Shown: positions 8,581 to 16,708 of the stretch, piece by piece | Numbering within the stretch: the stretch's first letter is position 1 | Layout of the letters: each line of letters opens with the position of its first letter | Assembly (NCBI GenBank): GCA_039630345.1 | Contig: JBCNVD010000028.1 | Coordinates: forward strand, 1 to 21,904 | Length of the DNA stretch: 21,904 nucleotides | Direction: 5' to 3' | Source of the DNA: Aquificaceae bacterium | GTDB taxonomy: Bacteria; Aquificota; Aquificia; Aquificales; Aquificaceae | Notes under the pieces: generated by a model | Told to the model about the DNA's origin: nothing | Databases searched by the model: none | Seen by the model: only the letters and a program-made list of their open reading frames with translations | Translations under genes and position numbers: made by a program

Positions 8581-10595
8581 GAAGGTTTTATCGGGAGTTT
8601 GTTTGTCTTGATTCCATAAGTCCATAGAAGGCTATTTGCAACTGCGGGCGCAATAACAGGCACCACAGGCTCACCAACTCCCCCCATTGGAGAGTCTGAA
8701 GTGAGGATGTGAATGTCGAGTTTGGGCACCTCGTCAATTCTCAAAAGCCCGTAAGAGTCAAAATTTAAACTTAAAGCACCCCCGTCTTTTATAAAGAGCT
8801 CTTCTTTCAGAGCAAGACTTAGACCCATCACCACAGAGCCCTCGACTTGCTGCCTGACAAGGTCTGGATGGATGAGTCTTTTGCCAATATCGATAGCAAC
8901 AAGGATTCTCTCAACAATTACTGAGTTTTTATCAAGTCTTGCCTTTGCAATCGCAACCACTCTGGAGCCAAAAGATGAGTGGTAAGCAATGCCTGCTCCA
9001 TCGAGTTTGCCCCATTTTTCTTTGGCAAATTCAAGCAGTGATTTTGCCCTCTGGTCTTTTAAAATTGCCATGCGGAGTTTAAAAGGGTCCTGAGAGAATT
9101 TTTGAGCGTATATATCCAGAGCATGCTCTATGGAAAAGGCGTTGTGAGTGTGCCCCACAGAGCGCCAAAACCACACAGGTATATCAAGCTCTACATCGTA
9201 GCGCTCAATTAGTGTGTGCTCAAAGCTGTAATCATCAAGTCCAGAAGTTGAGGCCCTACCACCCATTAGAGGCTGAGTGGATATTTTGAAAGACAAAAGT
9301 CTTGGAATGCTATCGCCTGCAATCAAAACTTTGGTCACAGAAAGAGGTCTATAAAACCCGGAGCGAACATCGTCTTCGCGGGTATAAATCAGTTTTACAG
9401 GCTTTTTTACCCGCTTTGAGAGCTCTACCGCTTCTGCGACAAACCCTGCGTGGGATTTTCTACCAAAACCACCTCCAAGATAAGGTGTTTGAATTTCGAT
9501 GTTTTTATCCGGGAGCGCAGTTATATTTTTGGTTACATCAAAAGCCCATGTCTGGGACTGAGTGGGTGCAACGACCAGACAGCTCCTGCCGTCAAAACTG
9601 GCAAGGCAGGTCATAGGCTCAATAGTAGCGTGATACAAATATGGCTGGAAGAAGGTCTCTTCTATTTTTGTTGTGGCTTTTTTTATATAAGTCTGTGGAG
9701 AACCGCTTGAAGTTGATTTTGATGGCTCTTTGTCCATGCGCTTTAGGAATAGTTCATAAAGCTCTGCGTTATCCATGCCCTTGAGACTTGATTCGCTCCA
9801 GACTACTTTGAGCTCTTTGCGTGCAATCTGGCAAGCCCAGAAAGAGCGGGCAATTATGCCAACTGCCCCGCTTGAGAGGATAAACGCTTCTTCTACTTCC
9901 GGGAGTTTAAGGATATGAGAGCGGTTAAACTCAAGGGCCTTTGAGCCAAACCTGGGCGGGCGCTCCGCGATTGCATACAGGAGGTTTTCAGCTTTTGCAT
10001 CTATGCCGAATGTTGCCTCTGCTTTTACCTTTGGGGGTATGTCAAGCCTTGGGGGGCTTTTGCCAATGTAGATAAACTCGCTCTCTTTTTTGAGCTTTGG
10101 CTCTTGAGAGGGTCTGAGAGTCATTGCGGTTTTTATAAAGCGCCCGTAGGGCGCGCTTTGATTTTTATAAAAAACTTTACCGTCTTTAAGAGTGAGAGAG
10201 TCTTTTGGGATAGAGAGGTCAATTGAGGCTGCATGGGCAATGAGGTCTTTTAAACTTGCACCTAGTTTTCGCATGGGTTCGAGCATATGCTTTAAAGAGG
10301 TGCTTCCGCCTGTTAGCTGAAGGCCCATCTTTGGATCAAAGTAGGTGCTGGAAGCGGGTGCTGAGGATACGAAGACTCTTTCCCAGGGGAAGTCTAGCTC
10401 ATCCGCAACGACCATAGCAAGACCGGTAAATACGCCCTGACCCATCTCGGATTTGTTTATAAGAAGGTGGAGAAAGTTATCTTCGCTTATACTTGCCCAC
10501 AGAAATGGACCTTTGGCTTCAGAGGCGTGGACTATTTTAAAAACCCCGCTTGCAGGTATAATAGCAAGGGTTAGGATGAATTCTCTTCTATTCAG
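8577..10595 (-). CDS. Xanthine dehydrogenase-family molybdopterin-binding subunit (isoquinoline 1-oxidoreductase beta / IorB-like) with Tat signal
   Basis: Motifs (KS)EMGQGV, QLTGGS, YLGGGFGRK, WRSVGH and GGVGEP. The frame stays open 50 codons upstream of the ATG at 10445 to a CTG at 10595, encoding NRREFIL. SD AGGAG lies 8 nt upstream of the CTG. Confidence 0.88.
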   Translation of the reverse strand: MNRREFILTLAIIPASGVFKIVHASEAKGPFLWASISEDNFLHLLINKSEMGQGVFTGLAMVVADELDFPWERVFVSSAPASSTYFDPKMGLQLTGGSTSLKHMLEPMRKLGASLKDLIAHAASIDLSIPKDSLTLKDGKVFYKNQSAPYGRFIKTAMTLRPSQEPKLKKESEFIYIGKSPPRLDIPPKVKAEATFGIDAKAENLLYAIAERPPRFGSKALEFNRSHILKLPEVEEAFILSSGAVGIIARSFWACQIARKELKVVWSESSLKGMDNAELYELFLKRMDKEPSKSTSSGSPQTYIKKATTKIEETFFQPYLYHATIEPMTCLASFDGRSCLVVAPTQSQTWAFDVTKNITALPDKNIEIQTPYLGGGFGRKSHAGFVAEAVELSKRVKKPVKLIYTREDDVRSGFYRPLSVTKVLIAGDSIPRLLSFKISTQPLMGGRASTSGLDDYSFEHTLIERYDVELDIPVWFWRSVGHTHNAFSIEHALDIYAQKFSQDPFKLRMAILKDQRAKSLLEFAKEKWGKLDGAGIAYHSSFGSRVVAIAKARLDKNSVIVERILVAIDIGKRLIHPDLVRQQVEGSVVMGLSLALKEELFIKDGGALSLNFDSYGLLRIDEVPKLDIHILTSDSPMGGVGEPVVPVIAPAVANSLLWTYGIKTNKLPIKPS

Positions 10596-11034
10596 GGAAG
10601 ATGCTCCTTACTGCTTTTGTAATGCGTTCGTAAGTGCCACATCTGCAGATGTGAGATGAGAGAAAGCTTAGCACCTCGGACGCATTCGGGAGGGGCTTTT
10701 TGAGAGTCATTGCATAAACTGACATGATAAAACCACTCTGGCAATACCCGCACTGGGGAACCTGGAAAGATATCCAGGATTTTATAACAGGGTGGGATTT
10801 ATCCAGACCTTCGAGGGTCAGGATATTTCCGTTGATATCCTTTGCAAGGATTGTGCAGGACCTAACTGGCTGACCATCTATAACCACGGTGCATGCACCG
10901 CATAGACCCACTCCACAGCCAAACTTTACAGATTTTAGGTTGAGTCTTTCTCTCAAAACCCAAAGGAGTGGCTCGCTTTCGTAAAATCTTATCTGTCTTT
11001 TTTGGGAGTTCACGCTCAGGGTTTTAGTAAGCAT
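10588..11034 (-). CDS. 2x[2Fe-2S] small subunit (IorA/CoxS-like)
   Basis: Motifs KFGCGVGLCGACTV, SC, QCGYCQSG and ICRCGTY. Confidence 0.93.
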   Translation of the reverse strand: MLTKTLSVNSQKRQIRFYESEPLLWVLRERLNLKSVKFGCGVGLCGACTVVIDGQPVRSCTILAKDINGNILTLEGLDKSHPVIKSWISFQVPQCGYCQSGFIMSVYAMTLKKPLPNASEVLSFLSSHICRCGTYERITKAVRSIFPE

Positions 11035-11055
11035 ATGATATTAAATTTAAAATAG

Positions 11056-11679
11056 GTGCAGGAGAATTCAAAAGCAATCCCTGAGGTTCTGGATAGAGCG
11101 TTTAAACTATGTGGGAATATACCGCTTTTTGGCACAAGAAGTACCTCAAGGCTAATTTACGGGCTTTTAAAACTACCAAAAGAGCAATCTCTTGAAATAG
11201 TCAAGGCTCTTGAAGAGGCAATACTCAATCTAAGAAAGTGTGTCAAATGCGGGCTCTTTACGGTGGATGAGGTTTGCTTTATTTGCAAAGACCCACTGAG
11301 AAACAGACTTCAAATATGCGTGGTAGAAGAGTCCCAGGACGCTTTTTTAATAGAAAGACTTGGCAAATATAGAGGTCTTTATCATATCCTTGAGGGCAGG
11401 ATAGCACCTCTTGAGGGTATATCTCCATCGGATTTATCCATAGATAAGCTCTTTGAAAGAATCGAAACTCTGGGCTCAAAAGAGTTAATTCTTGCTACAA
11501 ATCCAAACCTAGAGGGTGAAGCAACCGCAAATTACATAGCAAAGCTAGCAAAAAGACGATTTAAAGAGCTTAAAATCACGCGTATATCTCACGGTCTTCA
11601 GTTCGGGTCTTTGATAGAGAGTTCTGATCCATTTTCACTCGAGAGCTCCATAGTCAATAGAAAAGAGCTCAGGGATTAG
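11056..11679 (+). CDS. recR: Recombination mediator RecR
   Basis: C4 zinc finger CVKC...CFIC, ICVVEE, YHILEG and the TOPRIM motif ILATNPNLEGEATANYI. Confidence 0.95.
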   Translation: MQENSKAIPEVLDRAFKLCGNIPLFGTRSTSRLIYGLLKLPKEQSLEIVKALEEAILNLRKCVKCGLFTVDEVCFICKDPLRNRLQICVVEESQDAFLIERLGKYRGLYHILEGRIAPLEGISPSDLSIDKLFERIETLGSKELILATNPNLEGEATANYIAKLAKRRFKELKITRISHGLQFGSLIESSDPFSLESSIVNRKELRD

Positions 11680-12352
11680 AGCGGTTTAAAATCAGCATAG
11701 TTATATCTGGCGCTATTGCTTTTAGCCTTCTTGGAATGCCAGTTTCATAATCAAGAGCGTGATAGCGCCCCACAAGAACAAAAACGACCGCAGAAGGCTC
11801 TTTTTTGAGAATTTCGTATATCCTGTAAGCCATAAAAGCATCCCAGGCAGACTGGACTCTATAGAATTGCTCTCTGGATATAGGCGGATGTTCTTTCAGA
11901 ATAGCTTCATAAAGTTGTATTTCTCTTTCCGAAGGCTCAAGGAAGACACTGGCAGGTATTCCAGGCACTGGCTCTCCGCGCCTTACTGGGGGCAAAAGCT
12001 CGCTATCCATACCTATTGCGTAGATTTTGATTTTTTTAGACCTTGCAAAGTTCCATATGTCTCTATATAGCTCCGGGTCAAAGCCCCATCTTTTTCTATA
12101 TTCGGAAAGCTCCAGCATCCTCTCCTCGCTTATAAGCCCATCGATAAAATCATCCAAAACTCCCTGAAACCTGTGATGAAACATCTCCATCGCAACTACT
12201 GCATTGCCTTCAAAAGACGAAATTACACGAAGTTGAAAGCTATGGTCTTCTTTACTGCTATGCACTTCAGGCAGGAATACAACCCGATAATTCTTTATTT
12301 CCATAGCCCATATGTTTGATATAAAAACCAAAAGTATGCAAACTAAAAACAT
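11669..12352 (-). CDS. ChaN-like (Tiki/EreA-ChaN superfamily, putative haem-uptake) exported protein
   Basis: Motifs VVFLPEVH..DH..Q, AMEMF, WGFDPELY..I, Q..WD..MA and LVG.YH...GIP.RL. The ATG at 12352 gives a clean signal peptide and avoids overlapping the divergent gene. Confidence 0.75.
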   Translation of the reverse strand: MFLVCILLVFISNIWAMEIKNYRVVFLPEVHSSKEDHSFQLRVISSFEGNAVVAMEMFHHRFQGVLDDFIDGLISEERMLELSEYRKRWGFDPELYRDIWNFARSKKIKIYAIGMDSELLPPVRRGEPVPGIPASVFLEPSEREIQLYEAILKEHPPISREQFYRVQSAWDAFMAYRIYEILKKEPSAVVFVLVGRYHALDYETGIPRRLKAIAPDITMLILNRSNP

Positions 12353-12387
12353 AAAAATAGTGTATACTTTACTTAAGGAGGTAAGAA

Positions 12388-12672
12388 ATGGCAAGAAAAC
12401 CAAGGAAAAAGGGCGGACCTCGCTACAGAAGAGTCACCCTCTCTCTCCCTAAAAGGCTATATCATGTGCTTAATGGCATAGCTATGGGAGATGAAAGGAG
12501 ATTAAATCGTCTGGTTAAGGGTATACTTGAGGACAAGCTAACAGAATCTACAGTTAGCGAACTCGAACTCTACCTCGGAAGGGGCGACGAAGAGGAACTT
12601 ATGGAAGAGGAAAACTCAAAAAAACAGGAAGCAGAATACCCATCCCGTGAAGCCCCGAATTCAAGCTCCTGA
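12388..12672 (+). CDS. Small ribbon-helix-helix-like protein, hypothetical regulator
   Basis: SD AAGGAGGT 5 nt upstream. RRVTLSLPKRLYHVLNGIA...LNRLVKGILE fits the RHH beta-alpha-alpha pattern. Confidence 0.7.
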   Translation: MARKPRKKGGPRYRRVTLSLPKRLYHVLNGIAMGDERRLNRLVKGILEDKLTESTVSELELYLGRGDEEELMEEENSKKQEAEYPSREAPNSSS

Positions 12673-13678
12673 GAGATACAAAACCGAAACCACAAGGGCA
12701 GCGGTAAGGCTAAGCTCTAACGAGCTATACATAGACCTTCCAGAGGAGATAAGGGAGGAAATAGCCAGAGAGCTGGCCTTTGCCCCTCTTTATCGCTATC
12801 CAGACCCGGAAGCCAGAGAGCTCAGGTCAGCTCTATCAAGCTGGCTTGGGCTACCTTCAGAAGAATATCTAACTCTTGGCAACGGCTCTGACGAGCTAAT
12901 TAACTACATCTGTGCATCTTTGGGAACAGGGCCTGTTTCATATCCTGTGCCTACCTTTTCGATGTATGGAATATGCGCAAGGAACAACCTTCGCCAGAGT
13001 ATTCCCTTAGAGCTTGACGAAAACTTCGAACTTCTCAAAACCCCTCCTCAGGAGTCAGACCTTGTCTTCATAGCAAGACCAAACAACCCCACGGGCAATG
13101 TATTTTTAAGAGAAAACATAAACGCCCTTCGGGCAGAGGGCAGATGCATAGTTATAGACGAGGCTTATTACCCTTTTTGCAAAGATTCCATGCTTAAAGA
13201 CGCTCTAAAGAGCGAGGATATTCTTATACTAAGAACCCTTTCAAAAATAGGTCTTGCGGGTTTAAGAGTAGGGATTTTGATAGCTTCTCCTGATATCATT
13301 AAGCTAATTGATAGCATAAGATTGCCGTTTAATGTAACGATGCCCTCGCAAATAGTTGCAAGGATTATCATCCAGAAATACCCGGAAGTTATAAATAATG
13401 CGGTCGAAGTTGCCATAAAAGAGAGAGAGCGTATGCAAAGCTATATGAAAAAATTGCAAGGCATAAAGGTTTTTCCTTCAAAAGCGAATTTCATCCTGTT
13501 TAAAGTACTGGTTGGAGCAAAAGCCCTTCACAGAGAGCTCCTCAAAAGAGGGGTTTTGATAAGAGATTTTTCTGAAAACCCATACACCAGGGAATGTTTA
13601 AGAGTGTCAGTAGGAAGAGCTATAGAAAATGATATGTTTCTTCAGGCACTTGAAGAGTCTTTAAGAGCTCTTTACTGA
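12647..13678 (+). CDS. hisC: Histidinol-phosphate aminotransferase
   Basis: Motifs LSSNE, RYPDP, GNGSDELI, PNNPTG, DEAY, the PLP-lysine motif RTLSKIGLAGLRVG and PSKANF. Confidence 0.93.
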   Translation: MKPRIQAPERYKTETTRAAVRLSSNELYIDLPEEIREEIARELAFAPLYRYPDPEARELRSALSSWLGLPSEEYLTLGNGSDELINYICASLGTGPVSYPVPTFSMYGICARNNLRQSIPLELDENFELLKTPPQESDLVFIARPNNPTGNVFLRENINALRAEGRCIVIDEAYYPFCKDSMLKDALKSEDILILRTLSKIGLAGLRVGILIASPDIIKLIDSIRLPFNVTMPSQIVARIIIQKYPEVINNAVEVAIKERERMQSYMKKLQGIKVFPSKANFILFKVLVGAKALHRELLKRGVLIRDFSENPYTRECLRVSVGRAIENDMFLQALEESLRALY

Positions 13679-13681
13679 TAA

Positions 13682-13765
13682 TGCCGGAGGTGGGAGTCGA
13701 ACCCACACGCCCTTTCGGGCACTGCCCCCTCAAGACAGCGCGTCTGCCAATTCCGCCACTCCGGC
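13682..13765 (-). tRNA. tRNA-Leu (anticodon GAG), CCA not encoded
   Basis: Minus strand GCCGGAG TGGCGGAATTGGCAGACGCG CTGTC-TT GAG GG-GGCAG, long variable arm GCCC-GAAA-GGGC, GTGGG TTCGACT CCCAC, CTCCGGC A. Confidence 0.97.
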
Positions 13766-13778
13766 TTTAGAGTTTTGG

Positions 13779-13787
13779 ATTATATCA
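13779..13787 (-). promoter_or_regulatory. Extended -10 promoter of tRNA-Leu
   Basis: Minus strand TG-A-TATAAT, 13 nt upstream of the tRNA 5' end. The TGA is also the aroB' stop codon. Confidence 0.7.
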
Positions 13788-14780
13788 CTTTTCCTGAATG
13801 GTTTCTTGAATTTTGATGCCAAAGTGGCGTGCAGAATCTTCAACATATCCAAGAACTTCAACGCCCGGCTCTAAATCAGAAACAGAGATTGGTCCACACT
13901 CAGGGCTTACCAGCCTTATAGTCTCCGCATTTTGCAAAATCGCACTTAGCTTTTTGTTGCCAGAGCGCGCCTCTACAAGAATCATCGGTCTTTTTTCGAT
14001 TTTTGCCCTGCCTACATAAACCTCTCTTGCCCTGCCTTTGCAATCATAAACAAGGACAGAATCGCCACTTGAGAGCTCACAAAGATAACGGGTCTTATCG
14101 CCGGGGATTCTAACATACATATGAACCGCACCTGCATTTACTCTAAAGGGGCGAGACGCCACATAAGGACTCTCTTCAGTTTCTGCATGCACAAGTAGCA
14201 TCCCGGAAGAGGAGTTTCCAACCAAAAGTCCACTCCCTCGCTCTAATATGCTTGTGGTATCTACGCAAACTCTATCACCAAGACCCACTGGCAAAATACG
14301 CTCTATAGTGGCAGAAATTAGCTCCACAGGAGGCTCTGAGGCACTTAAAAGTGTAGCGACAGATTTTATAACCGAAGGCTCACAGCTTTTGAGGACTACT
14401 CCCTTAACCCCTTTTTCTAAGGTTTCAAAGGCAAGCTTGGCGTCTTCAAAGGTGCTAACTATTGCATAAACTTCTTTGCGCATAGCTATAAGATTTTCAA
14501 GCGGAATAACCCTCCAGTCAGTGGTTTCTACCAAAACCTTTACAGAATCTGGATAAGAGCCTGCTCTCTCCTGGTCTTTTGAATCTCTGATAACTATGTG
14601 GACAAAATCCCTTTCCGGGATTAAATCCCCGCCTTCGCAAGCTGCGGTTATTTTCCCGAGAGAGCGAACCTCTTGAAGCTTTGAGTGGTCTTTTAAAACT
14701 ATTACCCTTGCCCCGCTCTCTATGGCGAGAGATACCAAATTTCTATCAAAAGGCTCTGCAAAATACCAAAACTCTCTCAT
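13785..14780 (-). CDS. aroB': 3-dehydroquinate synthase II (archaeal-type AroB')
   Basis: Motifs DWRVIPLENLIA, LEKGVKGV, GDRVCVDT, LVHAET, RPFRVNAGAVH and LQNAETI. The ATG at 14780 overlaps the upstream stop as ATGA. Confidence 0.93.
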   Translation of the reverse strand: MREFWYFAEPFDRNLVSLAIESGARVIVLKDHSKLQEVRSLGKITAACEGGDLIPERDFVHIVIRDSKDQERAGSYPDSVKVLVETTDWRVIPLENLIAMRKEVYAIVSTFEDAKLAFETLEKGVKGVVLKSCEPSVIKSVATLLSASEPPVELISATIERILPVGLGDRVCVDTTSILERGSGLLVGNSSSGMLLVHAETEESPYVASRPFRVNAGAVHMYVRIPGDKTRYLCELSSGDSVLVYDCKGRAREVYVGRAKIEKRPMILVEARSGNKKLSAILQNAETIRLVSPECGPISVSDLEPGVEVLGYVEDSARHFGIKIQETIQEK

Positions 14781-15673
14781 GGAAGACCGCACTCACCTTC
14801 TCTTACAAAGTCAGCAAACCTCACCGGCAGGATATAAGGGATTCGTCTGGCTGTACCTGTTGAGAGCTCTACTACATCAAAGTTGAGGTATGCGGCTGTG
14901 GTGCAAAGCTCGATTGTAGATACAACAATGGGCAATAGCGTCACGCATCCATCCTGATTTACAAACCTGTAGTTTGTGTTTCTTATGTGCGGTCTTTTTA
15001 GTTCTCTGGAAACCAGAGGAATTGTAACATCCTGTTGACCGCCAGCAGGGATCGTTACGCCAACTGGAATGGTGTATTCGCCAATGATGCACGCACCTCC
15101 GAAATTAAAAGTAACAGACCTAACCATAACCGCCGAAGGGATTTGAGTAACGGGCGCACCCTGGGCGTTTCTTATTACGCTTGATAGAAAGGTAAACTTG
15201 ACCATATCGTCTCTTGGCTCACCAAAAGTGCATAGCTGTTTTGTTTCAGAAGAGAGACAGCAAAGCTCCTGATAGGTTCTGCCAGTAGCCTGGTCTACAT
15301 ATGTTGGAGGGACGTCTTTGCAGCATAAATCAGCCGGCCCACCTCCGCCGCCACCTCCACCGCCACCTCCACCTCCACCGCCTCCACCACCTGCTGCATC
15401 GCAAATTCCGTTGCCGTTGTTATCTATGATGACCTGCTGGTCAAGACGCTTGGTAACAAGAACCTGTTGCTCTCTTCTGTCTATGAGGTCGCTTTCAAGA
15501 ACATTGCTATTTGTGCCTGAAGTGCGCTCAGGCGCGACAGAGATTATGCTAACGGTGACAGTGCTAAATGTAGGAAGGTCACGGGAAACACCCAAAGAAC
15601 CACCACCCCCACCGCCACAAGAAAGCAGAAAAACAGCAACTGTTAAGAAACTAACTGTCAGTAGGCGCTTCAT
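14777..15673 (-). CDS. Cys-rich lipoprotein of unknown function with G6 and G18 tracts
   Basis: SD AAGGAGG 7 nt upstream, signal peptide with lipobox LLSC then G6, 11 Cys, beta-rich C-terminal half. Its stop is coupled to the aroB' start. Confidence 0.88.
   Translation of the reverse strand: MKRLLTVSFLTVAVFLLSCGGGGGGSLGVSRDLPTFSTVTVSIISVAPERTSGTNSNVLESDLIDRREQQVLVTKRLDQQVIIDNNGNGICDAAGGGGGGGGGGGGGGGGGGPADLCCKDVPPTYVDQATGRTYQELCCLSSETKQLCTFGEPRDDMVKFTFLSSVIRNAQGAPVTQIPSAVMVRSVTFNFGGACIIGEYTIPVGVTIPAGGQQDVTIPLVSRELKRPHIRNTNYRFVNQDGCVTLLPIVVSTIELCTTAAYLNFDVVELSTGTARRIPYILPVRFADFVREGECGLP
15338..15391 (-). repeat. (GGN)18 poly-glycine codon tract
   Basis: 18 consecutive Gly codons mixing GGT, GGA, GGC and GGG. 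Confidence 0.95.
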
Positions 15674-15703
15674 TCCTTACCCTCCTTTATTAAAATTCGT
15701 CCT

Positions 15704-15991
15704 ATGGCAAAGGTTATTATAAACGGAAAGGTCATTGAAATACAGCCCGGGGTAAGATTTGGCGAGCTTCACCACGAGATTGAAAAGGCAGGGGTTGAGT
15801 TTGGATGCACTGACGGTCAGTGCGGTGTTTGCGTCTGCAGTATCTTAAGCGGTCTTGAGTGTCTTGAAGAGCCTTCTGATATAGAGGAAGAGACCCTCTG
15901 GCGAATAGGAGAATACGAAGAGACCAGAAGACTAACCTGCCAGCTGGTTTTAAAAATCGATTGTCCAAATCTTAAAATACAGACCGATTAA
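15704..15991 (+). CDS. [2Fe-2S] ferredoxin
   Basis: FGCTDGQCGVC...RLTCQ. TAAAAT (15691-15696) lies 7 nt before the ATG, with no SD. Confidence 0.93.
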   Translation: MAKVIINGKVIEIQPGVRFGELHHEIEKAGVEFGCTDGQCGVCVCSILSGLECLEEPSDIEEETLWRIGEYEETRRLTCQLVLKIDCPNLKIQTD

Positions 15992-15994
15992 AGA

Positions 15995-16708
15995 GTGCAA
16001 TCGAGAATAATCCCGGCCATAGACCTTCTTGAGGGAAATGTAGTCAGATTAAAAGAGGGGGACTTTTCAAAAGTTAGAGTCTATTCGGATAAGCCCCATG
16101 AAATAGCCAGAAAGCTATCTGTGGCGGGATTTGAGACACTGCATGTTGTGGATCTTAAGGGCAGTTTAACAGGAAGTTTAAAGGAGATAAAAGTCCTTGA
16201 AGCGATAAGAGAGTCTTTTAAGGGAACTCTTCAGTTTGGCGGAGGTATTAGAACCAAAGACGATATAAAGACCCTTGATACCATAGGGGTTGACAGGTTT
16301 GTAATAGGCACGCTTGCTCTTAAAAACAGAGAGCTCTTTATAGAGATTGTCAGGCGCATGCCAAACAGGGTAGTTTTATCAATAGATTCAAAAGGTGGAA
16401 AGGTCGCCACAGACGGCTGGAGCTTTCAAAGTCATCTAAGTCCTCAGGAGATAATAAGGCATTTTGACGAGCTTGAGATTTGGGGATATCTCTCAACAGA
16501 GATAGAAAAAGATGGCACCATGACAGGGGTAAACCCAGAGAGCTATAGAACTTTAAGAGCAAGCACCTCAAAACCCATAATAGCCTCTGGGGGAGTATCT
16601 TCAATTGAGGATATAAAGAGTCTTTTAAAAGTCGCTGACTTTGTTGTGGTCGGAAAGGCGCTTTATGAGGGGAGATTAAGCCCTTGGGATAACCTCTTCG
16701 AGGGTTAG
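15995..16708 (+). CDS. hisA: ProFAR isomerase
   Basis: Motifs IIPAIDL..G.VVRL..G, LHVVDL, QFGGGIR, KDGTMTG, IASGGV and VGKALYEG. Confidence 0.95.
   Translation: MQSRIIPAIDLLEGNVVRLKEGDFSKVRVYSDKPHEIARKLSVAGFETLHVVDLKGSLTGSLKEIKVLEAIRESFKGTLQFGGGIRTKDDIKTLDTIGVDRFVIGTLALKNRELFIEIVRRMPNRVVLSIDSKGGKVATDGWSFQSHLSPQEIIRHFDELEIWGYLSTEIEKDGTMTGVNPESYRTLRASTSKPIIASGGVSSIEDIKSLLKVADFVVVGKALYEGRLSPWDNLFEG

Noticed and set aside
8581..8625. Longer N-terminus of the TPR protein (ATG at 8625)
   Set aside because: It lies inside iorB and would bury the lipoprotein signal. The GTGA-coupled start at 8580 is preferred.
10446..10595. iorB as an N-terminally truncated or frameshifted pseudogene
   Set aside because: The frame is open and intact through the Tat motif, with an SD and a CTG. 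No frameshift or internal stop is present.
10453..10659. 68-aa + strand ORF in the apparent iorA-iorB gap
   Set aside because: The gap is occupied by the true iorB N-terminus on the minus strand.
12353..12403. Head-to-head overlap of the ChaN-like and RHH genes
   Set aside because: It disappears when the ATG at 12352 is used, which also gives a proper signal peptide.
15318..15722. Poly-proline ORF on the + strand
   Set aside because: It is the mirror of the poly-Gly codons of the lipoprotein, which has an SD and a lipobox.
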